Below, piece by piece: positions 9,461-18,666 of a stretch of DNA of 64,000 nucleotides. How positions within the stretch are numbered: the first letter of the stretch is position 1; the number at the start of each line of letters is the position of its first letter. This DNA is from an uncultured Mollicutes bacterium (GTDB lineage: Bacteria; Bacillota_I; Bacilli_A; RFN20; CAG-826), in contig UQFQ01000004.1 in assembly GCA_900540395.1 (NCBI GenBank), forward strand, positions 23,765-87,764. The letters run 5' to 3'. Position numbers and translations under genes: made by a program. Below the pieces are notes generated by a model. The model had not been told where the DNA came from, ran no database searches, and worked only from the letters and a program-made list of their open reading frames with translations.

Positions 9461-10414
9461 TTTGTTTGATTTATTGAATAAACCTTCAAATTCATTAGGT
9501 ATTTTTGTTGATAGTTTATAAGTCTTTCCACTAATTGGATTTTTAATAATTAGTTCATAAGCGTGTAAACAAAGTCTGCCTATTGGGTTTTCTGGTTCGC
9601 CATATTTGTCATCGCCTAAAACGTAATGCCCTAAACTTCCAAGTGTTACTCTGATTTGATTTTTTCTACCGGTAAAAATAGAAACGTCTAAAAGTGAGCA
9701 TTTCTCATTTTCTTTTAAAACTTTGTAATCAGTAATACATCTTTGAGCTTTTTTATCTTTAGAGGAAACAACATACATTAAATTTAAGGCGTTCATTCTT
9801 AAATAATTAACGATATGTTTTTCTTTTTCGTCCATTACTCCTTCGACAACGGCATAATAACCTCTTTTTGAAACAAGATCATTCCAACTGTTTTGAAACT
9901 CCTCTTTTAACTTTTCGTTTTTAGCAAAAATTAATACACCACTTGTTTCTTTATCTAGTCTATGAACAACATAAATTCGATTATGCTTGTCTTTTGCCTG
10001 AACATAATCCATAACCATTCTATAGGCGGTTGAGGATTTTTCTTTATCACTTGCAACGCTTAATAAGCCAAAAGGTTTGTTTATTGCAATAATATCGCTA
10101 TCTTCATAAATTATCGGTAAATCTTTTCTTGGTTTTTTACGAATAGGTTTTTTAGAAATAATCAAAGAGTCGCCTTTTGTTAATCTAAAATTAAATTGAC
10201 TAACTGGCGCTCCATCGATTGAAATCAAATGATGTGATAAAAGTCCCTTTGCGTTATTTCTTGAAAAATGAAGTTCTTCAATAAGGTATGTTAAAAGTTC
10301 AGAATCTTTTTTAACAATAAATTCTTTTATATCAAGTTCTTTTTTTGATTGATATTCTTCTAAGCTTTTTCCTTTTAATCTATTTTTTAAATTTTCTTTA
10401 TAATTCTTATTCAT
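9446..10414 (-). CDS. rluD: RluA-family 23S rRNA pseudouridine synthase (RluD-like, N-terminal S4 domain)
   Basis: S4-like N-terminus and catalytic motif [15 protein letters not shown]. Confidence 0.85.
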   Translation of the reverse strand: MNKNYKENLKNRLKGKSLEEYQSKKELDIKEFIVKKDSELLTYLIEELHFSRNNAKGLLSHHLISIDGAPVSQFNFRLTKGDSLIISKKPIRKKPRKDLPIIYEDSDIIAINKPFGLLSVASDKEKSSTAYRMVMDYVQAKDKHNRIYVVHRLDKETSGVLIFAKNEKLKEEFQNSWNDLVSKRGYYAVVEGVMDEKEKHIVNYLRMNALNLMYVVSSKDKKAQRCITDYKVLKENEKCSLLDVSIFTGRKNQIRVTLGSLGHYVLGDDKYGEPENPIGRLCLHAYELIIKNPISGKTYKLSTKIPNEFEGLFNKSNKKGAK

Positions 10415-12032
10415 CTTCTAATTTAATTTGGTTAGCTGCTTTAATAAATCCTAAAAATAATGGGTGTGGTTTGAGTGGTCTAGATAAAAACTCTGGGTGG
10501 AATTGACAAGCTACAAAATATGGATGATTTTTTAACTCAACAATTTCACAAAGATTAGTTTGTGGATTAACTCCACTAAATGTTAAGTTTCCATCAGAGA
10601 ATAATTCTTTATATTTGTTATTAAATTCATATCTATGTCTATGACGTTCTCTGATCAAATCTTGACCGTATAAATCATATGTTTTTGTACCTTTAACCAA
10701 AGCACAATCGTACTCACCAAGCCTCATAGTGCCGCCCATCTTAATTCCTTTATATTGGTCAGGTAAATAATCAATGATATTATTCTTGCAATTTTCATCA
10801 AATTCAGTGGAATTAGCATCTTCAAGTTTTAAAACATCACGAGCATACTCAATCAAAGCAAGTTGCATTCCTAAACAAAGACCTAAATAAGGCAAGTTGT
10901 TTTCTCTAGCATACTTAATGGCTTTCATTTTTCCTTCTACGCCTCTTTTTCCAAATCCACCAGGAACAATAATGCCTTGAACATCACCTAGCACTTCACC
11001 AACATTTTCATCAGTTAAGTTATCGCTATTAACCCACTTAATTTCTACCGATTTATCAATTGCATAACCAGCATACTTTAACGATTCAACAACAGAAATA
11101 TAAGCGTCATGTAAGGAAACATATTTTCCAACAAGGGCAATTTTTACGCTCTTTTTAAGTCTTCTAATTTTTTCTATAAGTTTGACCCAGTCGCTCATAT
11201 CGGCTGAAGGCAAACAATCTAAATTCATATGTTTTACGATTAAATCATCTAAGTGTTGCTTTTGTAAATTTAAAGCAACTTCGTAAATGATTGGGACATC
11301 TTTAACACTAATTACAGCTTCATCACTTAAATTGCAAAATAAAGCTACTTTTCTTTTTGATTCGACGTCAATATTAACTTCGCATCTTAATAAAAGGGCA
11401 TCTGGTTGAATTCCTAAACCCGTTAGTTCTTTAACACTATGTTGTGTTGGTTTTGTTTTTATTTCTCCAGTGGTTTTTAGATATGGAACAAGAGTGTTGT
11501 GGACGAAGAAAGTATTTTCATATCCTAATTCTCTTCTAAGCTGACGAATGGCCTCTAAAAATGGGAGAGATTCAATATCACCAACGGTTCCACCAATTTC
11601 AACAATACAAACATCGGTGTCGCCTTTTGCATTAAAAGCTTCAAATAATCTTGCTTTTATTTCATTAGTAATATGAGGAATGATTTGAATAGTTGCCCCT
11701 AAAAAGACTCCTCTTCTTTCTTTTTCTAATACTGCACTATAAACTTTACCACTAGTTACACTACTTTCTTTTGTTAAGGAAGTATTGATAATACGTTCAT
11801 AATGTCCTAAATCAAGGTCTGTTTCAGCACCATCTTTAGTAACAAAAACTTCGCCATGTTGATATGGAGACATAGTACCTGGGTCAATATTTAAATATGG
11901 ATCCAATTTCATGGAAAAAACATTAAGGCCTCTTCTTTTGAGTAATCTTCCTATACAGGCTGCACTAATTCCTTTGCCTAAACTTGAAACAACACCACCT
12001 GTAACAAATATAAATTTCATCTTTTTTTCCAT
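10407..12032 (-). CDS. pyrG: CTP synthase
   Basis: [16 protein letters not shown]-terminus and glutamine amidotransferase GLCLGMQ..HPEF motifs. Confidence 0.95.
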   Translation of the reverse strand: MEKKMKFIFVTGGVVSSLGKGISAACIGRLLKRRGLNVFSMKLDPYLNIDPGTMSPYQHGEVFVTKDGAETDLDLGHYERIINTSLTKESSVTSGKVYSAVLEKERRGVFLGATIQIIPHITNEIKARLFEAFNAKGDTDVCIVEIGGTVGDIESLPFLEAIRQLRRELGYENTFFVHNTLVPYLKTTGEIKTKPTQHSVKELTGLGIQPDALLLRCEVNIDVESKRKVALFCNLSDEAVISVKDVPIIYEVALNLQKQHLDDLIVKHMNLDCLPSADMSDWVKLIEKIRRLKKSVKIALVGKYVSLHDAYISVVESLKYAGYAIDKSVEIKWVNSDNLTDENVGEVLGDVQGIIVPGGFGKRGVEGKMKAIKYARENNLPYLGLCLGMQLALIEYARDVLKLEDANSTEFDENCKNNIIDYLPDQYKGIKMGGTMRLGEYDCALVKGTKTYDLYGQDLIRERHRHRYEFNNKYKELFSDGNLTFSGVNPQTNLCEIVELKNHPYFVACQFHPEFLSRPLKPHPLFLGFIKAANQIKLEDE

Positions 12033-12083
12033 ATTTAAAACCCTCGTAATTAAGAAATATTAAAAATATATAAATGGGTAGCC

Positions 12084-12118
12084 CTTAATATTGTAAAAGA
12101 AAGGTCGGCCTATATCAA
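12084..12118 (-). promoter_or_regulatory. Sigma-A-type pyrG promoter (TTGATA-17-TACAAT) with predicted TSS at GGGC and a 52-nt leader
   Basis: Read on the minus strand. The GGGC initially transcribed sequence is the hallmark of CTP-sensing reiterative transcription at pyrG in Bacillus. Confidence 0.4.
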
Positions 12119-12203
12119 ACGATATCTTGTTAATTTTGTTCTTTAATTTGCGTCTTTAATTTCTTAAAAAATTAGTGAGTTAGAAACCATTAAGAATCAA
12201 AGA

Positions 12204-12263
12204 AAAAAAGCCTGTATAAATCTTGTATTTTACTAAAAGATGTAAGTTTTGCAGGCTTTTTTA
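12204..12263 (-). terminator. Long imperfect hairpin with flanking A and T runs downstream of glcK (bidirectional terminator candidate)
   Basis: AAAAAAA-GCCTG...CAGGC-TTTTTT. Confidence 0.4.
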
Positions 12264-12286
12264 AAAAATTATTATATTTTTTCTAT

Positions 12287-13252
12287 TTAATTTAAATTGT
12301 CCATTGCTAAACAAGCACATCCAATAATGCCTGCATCGTTTTTTAAACTAGCAATTTTAATTTCAACTTTTGGTGTATGACGATACCCGTAATGGTACTT
12401 TTCACAATAAGCTTTTACTTTATCTAAAAGATAGTCACCTTGATTAGAAATTCCACCGCCAATAAGAATAATTTGTGGTCTAAATATATTACAGAAATTT
12501 AAAATACCTTCACTTAAATATTTAACATAGGTATCGATGACTTTTATTGCTGCTTCATCACCTTTTTTAGAACATTCAAAGCTTGTTAATCCGGTTACTG
12601 ATTCAATATCGTGATCACAATAATCCCACATAATAGAATTTGGATTCTTTTTCATTTCTTCTTTTGTAAGTTTAAGAAGAGCACTTGCACTAGCATAAGC
12701 TTCAAAACAACCCCTTCTACCACATGCACATTCGTGTCCGTCGACAACAATTACTGTATGGCCAAGTTCAGCTCCTTTTCCATCAACACCTTCAAAAAGT
12801 TTATCATCGATAACAACTCCGCCACCAATTCCGGTACCTAAAGTGAGTAAAACAACATCAGTATAACCTTTAGCAGCACCAAATCTTTCTTCACCAAGTG
12901 CAGCAACGTTTGCATCATTTGATAAGAAAATAGGTAAATTTAAATCTTTCAAATAATCTTTTAATGGAACATCTTCAACATAAAGATTACAAGCATAATC
13001 AATTGTTCCAAGTTTATTATTAACAACGCCAGGAATACCAAATCCGATTGCAAGAGGTTTCATATTATTATCTTTTGCGTAATCAACCATCTCTACCATT
13101 AAAGCCTTAATATCTTTTAATAAAGCTTCTTTGCCACCATTAACACTGTTGGTCTTTATTGAACCTTTGTGCAAAATTTTGCCTTGTTCATTTACCAAAC
13201 CAGCTTTAATAGACATTCCTCCAACGTCGACACCAATATAAACATTTTCCAT
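12287..13252 (-). CDS. glcK: ROK-family glucokinase
   Basis: ROK signature and Zn-binding motif HECACGRRGCFEAY. N-terminal ATP-binding YIGVDVGG motif. Confidence 0.85.
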   Translation of the reverse strand: MENVYIGVDVGGMSIKAGLVNEQGKILHKGSIKTNSVNGGKEALLKDIKALMVEMVDYAKDNNMKPLAIGFGIPGVVNNKLGTIDYACNLYVEDVPLKDYLKDLNLPIFLSNDANVAALGEERFGAAKGYTDVVLLTLGTGIGGGVVIDDKLFEGVDGKGAELGHTVIVVDGHECACGRRGCFEAYASASALLKLTKEEMKKNPNSIMWDYCDHDIESVTGLTSFECSKKGDEAAIKVIDTYVKYLSEGILNFCNIFRPQIILIGGGISNQGDYLLDKVKAYCEKYHYGYRHTPKVEIKIASLKNDAGIIGCACLAMDNLN

Positions 13253-13261
13253 AAATAAAAA

Positions 13262-13292
13262 TCTCCTAAAAATATTTTACATTCTTAGGAGA
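13262..13292 (-). promoter_or_regulatory. Anti-Shine-Dalgarno hairpin in the glcK 5' leader
   Basis: Perfect 8-bp inverted repeat TCTCCTAA/TTAGGAGA with a 15-nt loop. One arm is the glcK RBS AGGAGA, 9 nt before the ATG. Confidence 0.35.
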
Positions 13293-13503
13293 TGTTTTTC
13301 TATTGCTTCAAATAACAAATCAGTATATAAGCCCAATAATCATTTAAGTAAAATCTCGCTTGAGAAGTTAAAGATTTAAAATTGAAACTAAACGTTATAA
13401 AGAATTGCTTAATTTAATTTAGCAAAATCTTAACTTTAGCGATAAGTAAAAGAACTATTTTGCTTAAAATAATTTATTTTTGCGACTTTTTTGAATAAAT
13501 TCC

Positions 13504-13861
13504 TGGTGGAGATGCGGAGAGTCGAACTCCGGTCCACATATCCCCCTACAAAGACCACTACAGTTTATTTGAGGTTATAAATTTCATGGTTTATCAATCT
13601 CAACGAACTTTACACCACTAGATTATATTTTTTCATTCTTGTCCCATAATCATCGAACAAGACCTAACTCCCTAAATTGAGAAGCGTTAATTAACCAGGA
13701 GTAAATTAATTAAGCCCCACGCAAACTCTATATAGAGTTACTGACTAAGCAGCAAAAGCGTAATTGAAATTTCTGTTGCCAGATAATTTTAAGTTTGTGA
13801 TTACGTCACAACTCGACTGCAATCTATGCCAAAGGATACATGTCGAAACCAGTACATCCCC
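13504..13861 (-). ncRNA. ssrA: tmRNA (SsrA)
   Basis: The 5' end GGGGATGTACTGGTTTCGACATG and the tRNA-like 3' end GGAGTTCGACTCTCCGCATCTCCACCA are both present (minus strand). An internal tag reading frame ends ...GNRNFNYAFAA followed by TAG. Confidence 0.85.
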
Positions 13862-13871
13862 AGGTGAAATA

Positions 13872-13900
13872 ATAATAATTAGTAATACTTCCTTTGTCAA
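13872..13900 (-). promoter_or_regulatory. ssrA promoter TTGACA-17-TATTAT
   Basis: Consensus -35 with 17-bp spacing, ending a few nt upstream of the mature tmRNA 5' end. Confidence 0.5.
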
Positions 13901-13981
13901 TTTTTAAACTAATAAATTCATTTGTTTATAAACTATTTATAGTTTATACTAATACATGCATTCGATTTAGAGGATAGTTAA

Positions 13982-15109
13982 ATGGCAAAAGACAAAGTAA
14001 AAATTATTAAAAACAAAAAGAAATTCAACTTTGCATCAGTTTGGAAATTTGTAAAAACTTTATTTAAAAACGACGCTGTTGTAGAAGTTGCAACCACAAC
14101 CAAATGGTATTGGTCACTTATAGTATTTGTATTTGCGCTTGTTATCTCAGTCTTACCTTCAACAGTAAGTCAAGCAACCGCACAAGGCAGAAATTTTGTA
14201 TCAGGAAGCAATACAAGTTATTCTGATCCTTATATTAATGGTCTTTATGATTATTATAATAGTGATGTAGAAAACGCAAACATTGTATTTGATACAGCAA
14301 CAAACAAACTTTCTTCAACTACAAATAGTAGTGATTATTATGATACAGCTGACTATGCATTAAGTGATGGAACAAGAGCACCTAAACCACTTTATTCATA
14401 CTCTAGACAAGTTGAAAATAGTGGTCTTACTACAACTACTAATTATTTAGATATTTATGTCTATTACACTGGTAGTAATGGCACTTTAGACTTAAACCTT
14501 TTGTTATCAAACATTCAAGCAACCAATACAAACTTTGCTGATGGTTATACAACAAATACTGATGTTAAATATACTCGTCAAACTCCATTTATTCTTTTTA
14601 CAGATGATGGATTCTATGCAGTAAATTACTCTTCACAAGGTTCAACATCAATCTCTGGAAATTTTGCTCACATGTTAGAAGCTTTCAATTTTACAGGGTC
14701 CACTTATACATTTAAAGATGTATTAGGCTATCAAATCGTTGACAATTTAAGCGTTTCTGATATGCAAACTGCAATCTTTAGCAATTTCTTAACATGGTGT
14801 GATTACACTTATTTAGATGCACGTTTCACTTCAACTTGGGTTACTTTTGGTATCTATTGTGGTGTTAATGGTTCAATCATGTTATTAATGGGCTTAATCA
14901 TTTGGCTTATGTGCAGAGGTAAAAACAATCCAAATAACAAACTCAAAATTTGGGAAACTTACTCAATGGGCTTCTGGGCTTCATTGTCCCCTGCAATTCT
15001 CTCATTATTTGGTTTCTTAATGCCAAGCCTTGGAATGATGTTATTCATTATGCTATATGCATTTAGAATTATGTTCCTTTCAATGAAACAATTAAGACCA
15101 ATGTATTAA
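13982..15109 (+). CDS. Hypothetical membrane-anchored surface protein. It has a basic cytoplasmic N-terminus, one TM helix, a ~240-aa Thr/Ser/Asn/Tyr-rich ectodomain and a C-terminal bundle of 3-4 TM helices.
   Basis: Composition and hydropathy read from the translation. No recognisable catalytic motif. Adjacent to ssrA. Confidence 0.55.
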   Translation: MAKDKVKIIKNKKKFNFASVWKFVKTLFKNDAVVEVATTTKWYWSLIVFVFALVISVLPSTVSQATAQGRNFVSGSNTSYSDPYINGLYDYYNSDVENANIVFDTATNKLSSTTNSSDYYDTADYALSDGTRAPKPLYSYSRQVENSGLTTTTNYLDIYVYYTGSNGTLDLNLLLSNIQATNTNFADGYTTNTDVKYTRQTPFILFTDDGFYAVNYSSQGSTSISGNFAHMLEAFNFTGSTYTFKDVLGYQIVDNLSVSDMQTAIFSNFLTWCDYTYLDARFTSTWVTFGIYCGVNGSIMLLMGLIIWLMCRGKNNPNNKLKIWETYSMGFWASLSPAILSLFGFLMPSLGMMLFIMLYAFRIMFLSMKQLRPMY

Positions 15110-15125
15110 TAAGATAAAACACAAT

Positions 15126-15157
15126 TTAAAATGGGCTGATAAGCAGCCCATTTTTTA
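15126..15157. terminator. Bidirectional intrinsic terminator between convergent genes
   Basis: AAAATGGGCTG-ataag-CAGCCCATTTTTT. Confidence 0.7.
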
Positions 15158-15496
15158 ATCTTTCCAATCGCTATCAGGATTACCTTTATTATCAAAGTAA
15201 AGGTTAATTTCTCCTAGCACATCTCCAATTTCCCTGTAATAATAATCATCTTTATAAACGACAGGATTTTCAAAATCAGCCGTAAAAATCATTTTTTTAT
15301 TTCTTTTAGCAATTTCGATTATTTTATTAATAATTTCATCATAATGATCTACAAAATGATCTCTAACATATTGAAGTTGAGTGTAAAAATTTGGTTCAAC
15401 AAAAAATCTTGAACCGTCTTCTAACTCATAAAGATTAATGTCTTTGTAATTTTCGTCTACTACTTTTTTAAATTTATCAAATTCATGCATTTCCAT
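15155..15496 (-). CDS. Hypothetical small acidic cytoplasmic protein (113 aa)
   Basis: ORF with an AGGAGA RBS and no recognisable motif. Last gene of the minus-strand rlmH operon. Confidence 0.45.
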   Translation of the reverse strand: MEMHEFDKFKKVVDENYKDINLYELEDGSRFFVEPNFYTQLQYVRDHFVDHYDEIINKIIEIAKRNKKMIFTADFENPVVYKDDYYYREIGDVLGEINLYFDNKGNPDSDWKD

Positions 15497-15508
15497 AAGA
15501 ATCTCCTT

Positions 15509-15979
15509 TTAATGATGATAATCTTCGTGATTTATAATTTTAAAAGCGCGATATATTTGCTCTAAAATAATCATTCGACACATTTGATGTGTAAAAGTCA
15601 TTTTAGAAATAGATAATTTAATATTCGCTCTTTGTCTTACTTCTTCGCTTAAACCGAGTGTCCCGCCAATAACAAACGAAATTGGCGAAACACCTTTAGA
15701 AATTAAAGTATCGATTTGAGTTGCAAGTTCTTCGCTTGAATAAAAACTTCCTTTTAAATCTAGTAAAACAACAAAATCGTCTTTAGCTAATCGTTTTAAT
15801 AATCGTTCACCTTCTTCTTTTTTAATCGCATCTTCAGATTTATTTTGAATTTTTGACTCTTCGACTTCAATTATTTCAACTTTAGCAAAACGACTAAGTC
15901 TTTTTAAATATTCAGCTATGCCATCTTTTAAAAATTTTTCTTTAATCGTTCCGACGGCCACTAATTTTATTTTAATCAT
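15509..15979 (-). CDS. rlmH: 23S rRNA (pseudouridine1915-N3)-methyltransferase RlmH (SPOUT)
   Basis: YbeA/YydA-type sequence and size. Confidence 0.85.
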   Translation of the reverse strand: MIKIKLVAVGTIKEKFLKDGIAEYLKRLSRFAKVEIIEVEESKIQNKSEDAIKKEEGERLLKRLAKDDFVVLLDLKGSFYSSEELATQIDTLISKGVSPISFVIGGTLGLSEEVRQRANIKLSISKMTFTHQMCRMIILEQIYRAFKIINHEDYHH

Positions 15980-16716
15980 AATTCAACGACCTCGTGCTGA
16001 GAGGCACATTTAATTTCAATATGATCTAAGTTAACCTTTCGAAGAGTCAAAACATTATGATAAGTATCTAATGCTTTTTCTGGTGTATTACATTCTTCAC
16101 TTAAATGAGCTAATACAATTTTTTTAGTATTTTCTCCAATTAAATTAGACATATAAAACGCACTATCTTCATTAGATAAATGCCCTTTATAAGAAAGTAT
16201 CCTGCTTTTTAAAATTGCTGGTCGGTTACTATTTAATAACATTTCTACATCATGATTAGACTCAACAATATAGTAGGTCTTGTTTTTAATTAAATTAAAT
16301 GTTCTTTTGCTGATTTGTCCAGTATCAGTTAAATAAACTAGCTCTTCACTATCACTCTTAAGCAAAAAGCCACAAGTTGGATTAGAATCATGAGAAGCTT
16401 TAATTGGCATAATTAAAAAACTACCTAATTGGTATTCTTTATAACAACTTAATTCGTGATTTTTTAATAAAGGAACAATGTTTTTTAGTGCATATCTTTT
16501 TTCAATTGGTGTGCATTCATAAGATTTAATGTGGTCACTATGAGCATGAGTAAATAAAAAATAATCAAGATTTGCAATGTTTTTACCAATAGAAGATAGT
16601 TTTTCTTCAATCTCTTTTTTACTAATTCCAAAATCAATTAATATAGATGTATCATTATTAAAAATTAGTGTAGCGTTGCCTTTTGAGCCGCTAGCTAAAA
16701 CATAAGCATTAATCAT
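15976..16716 (-). CDS. MBL-fold metallo-hydrolase (YycJ/WalJ-like)
   Basis: HAHSDH motif. Position between dnaB and rlmH as in Bacillus, but without walRK. The start is taken at MINAY to remove the overlap with dnaB. Confidence 0.75.
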   Translation of the reverse strand: MINAYVLASGSKGNATLIFNNDTSILIDFGISKKEIEEKLSSIGKNIANLDYFLFTHAHSDHIKSYECTPIEKRYALKNIVPLLKNHELSCYKEYQLGSFLIMPIKASHDSNPTCGFLLKSDSEELVYLTDTGQISKRTFNLIKNKTYYIVESNHDVEMLLNSNRPAILKSRILSYKGHLSNEDSAFYMSNLIGENTKKIVLAHLSEECNTPEKALDTYHNVLTLRKVNLDHIEIKCASQHEVVEL

Positions 16717-18202
16717 TGTTGTCAGCGTCTTTGAATTTATCAGAATAGTTTGAGCCAGGCATATCAGGTGTATATGCATGTTCTTTTGATGGAGTAAAAA
16801 ATCTTCCGTATGCAGTTATAAAATAAAGTTCAGTGCTTCCCGTACGGCCGTTTCTATTTTTAGCAACAATTACTTCAACTGGATCAGCCTTTTTGTCATC
16901 AGAAAGACCTCGTTCTTGAACTTGTGGAGTTGGTTCATTGCCTTCACTTCCTTTTCCTTTTTTATCTCCGCCAACAGAAATACCTTGGTTTTTATAGTAA
17001 TCAGGACGATAAAGGAATAAAACTTTGTCAGCGTCTTGCTCAATAGCACCAGAGCTTCTTAAATCAGCTAGTTGTGGTCTTTTATTTTCTCTAGCATCAG
17101 TTTGACGATTTAATTGGGAAAGAGATAAAACTGGGCAACCAAGTTCGCCTGAAAGCATTTTTAAACGACGGGAGAAATAAGCAACCTTAGCTTGTTCGTT
17201 GTCCTTATAAATGTTTTTAGGATCATTAATTAAACCAATGTAATCGATAACTATTAAAGCTAAATCTCCTCTTGATTCTTTAAGTTTTCTTGATTTTAAA
17301 ACAATGTCTTCAATTGAGGATCCACTATTATCATCTATATATAAAGGGACAGAAGCTATATCATCTTCAACCTCTTTTAATTTTTGTCTATCGTTAATTG
17401 ACAAAATTCCTTTTTGTATATTGTCGTACGAAATTGAACTTTGTGAAGCAAAAAGTCTCTTAATAATCATATCAGTTGCCATTTCCAAAGAGAAAATAGC
17501 TACAGGTCGATTTGTTTTAGAGGCTGCATTAAAAGCTATATTTAAAGCTAACGCCGACTTACCAACAGATGGTCTAGCTGCTAATATGATTAATTCGTTT
17601 TTATTTAACCCATTAATAATTCCATCAAGTCTAGTAAACCCGGTTGTAATACCAGTAATCGAGCCTTCAATACCATGGCTTTCTTGTATTTTGGCTCCAA
17701 CTAAACGAGCCGCTTCCTTTGCACTAATAAAATCACTAACTCTTCTTTGCTCAGTAATTTTGTTAATACGAGCTTCACATTCAGCAACAAAAGAATTAAC
17801 TTCTTTAATAGCTTTGTTATTATAGTCATCACGAATTCTATCGATTTCTTGAAGTAAATTACGTAAAAGAGTTTGATCTTTTAAATTTTTTACATAGTAT
17901 TCGACATTTTTAAAAGTTGTAACACATTTTGCTAAATTAACTAAATAATCAACGCCCCCGACTCTTGATAAGTCTTTAGTATTATTTAATTGATTAGCAA
18001 CAGTTGTAATATCGATGGCAGTTCCTGAATCATAGAGCATTTTCATCGCTCTAAAAATTAAAGAATTTTTTCTATTGTCAAAATAAAAATCATCCTCAGA
18101 TAAGGTTGCTAAAATTTCAGAAGCGTTTTTAGAATCTAACAAGCAAACGCCCAATACAGTATTTTCACTTATTTCATCATAAGGATAATTTAAACTAGCC
18201 AT
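16709..18202 (-). CDS. dnaB: Replicative DNA helicase (DnaB family), with a ~35-aa low-complexity insertion and a ~30-aa C-terminal tail
   Basis: Walker A GARPSVGKS, RecA-like core. rplI-dnaB synteny. Confidence 0.9.
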   Translation of the reverse strand: MASLNYPYDEISENTVLGVCLLDSKNASEILATLSEDDFYFDNRKNSLIFRAMKMLYDSGTAIDITTVANQLNNTKDLSRVGGVDYLVNLAKCVTTFKNVEYYVKNLKDQTLLRNLLQEIDRIRDDYNNKAIKEVNSFVAECEARINKITEQRRVSDFISAKEAARLVGAKIQESHGIEGSITGITTGFTRLDGIINGLNKNELIILAARPSVGKSALALNIAFNAASKTNRPVAIFSLEMATDMIIKRLFASQSSISYDNIQKGILSINDRQKLKEVEDDIASVPLYIDDNSGSSIEDIVLKSRKLKESRGDLALIVIDYIGLINDPKNIYKDNEQAKVAYFSRRLKMLSGELGCPVLSLSQLNRQTDARENKRPQLADLRSSGAIEQDADKVLFLYRPDYYKNQGISVGGDKKGKGSEGNEPTPQVQERGLSDDKKADPVEVIVAKNRNGRTGSTELYFITAYGRFFTPSKEHAYTPDMPGSNYSDKFKDADNND

Positions 18203-18208
18203 AATAAA

Positions 18209-18661
18209 CTACTTTGTTTCTTCTACTAAATGAACACGAATAGTGCCTATTACATCTTTATATAACTCAATTTTTAAATTAGTATAACCAAAAGCATTCA
18301 TTGGATATTTATCAATAAATTTACGTTTATCAATAATGATACCGTATTTATCTTTTAATTCTTTTTCTACTTCTTTTGTTGAAACGCTGCCAGCTGGAGT
18401 GTGATCAGCATGAGCTTTTAATTTAAATTCAACTACAATTGTTTCAAGTTTTTCTTTTGCTCTTAAGGCTTCTTCTTTCAAAGCTTCTTGTCTTTTTTCT
18501 TCTTCGGCTTGCTCTTTTTTAAGTTCAGCAAGACTTTCTTCAGTTTTTCTAACAACTAACTTTCTAGGAATTAAAAAGTTTTTAGCATAACCATCAGAAA
18601 CAGTTTTGCTTTCACCTTTCTTTCCTAATTCTTTTACATCTTTAAGTAAGATAACTTCCAT
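18209..18661 (-). CDS. rplI: 50S ribosomal protein L9
   Basis: MEVILLKDVKELGKKGE N-terminus. Confidence 0.9.
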   Translation of the reverse strand: MEVILLKDVKELGKKGESKTVSDGYAKNFLIPRKLVVRKTEESLAELKKEQAEEEKRQEALKEEALRAKEKLETIVVEFKLKAHADHTPAGSVSTKEVEKELKDKYGIIIDKRKFIDKYPMNAFGYTNLKIELYKDVIGTIRVHLVEETK

Positions 18662-18666
18662 TTTAA

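Noticed and set aside
9288-9521. 77-aa Lys/Phe/Leu-rich ORF in the intergenic region upstream of the DUF1538-like gene.
   Set aside because: It spans a terminator and an AT-rich spacer, has no RBS, and shows low-complexity translation of AT-rich DNA.
12033-12083. Possible intrinsic attenuator hairpin in the pyrG leader (GGGCUACCC followed by a U-rich tract).
   Set aside because: The stem is only 3-4 bp and the GAGGG further downstream is the RBS. It is too weak to call a terminator, so only the promoter and TSS are reported.
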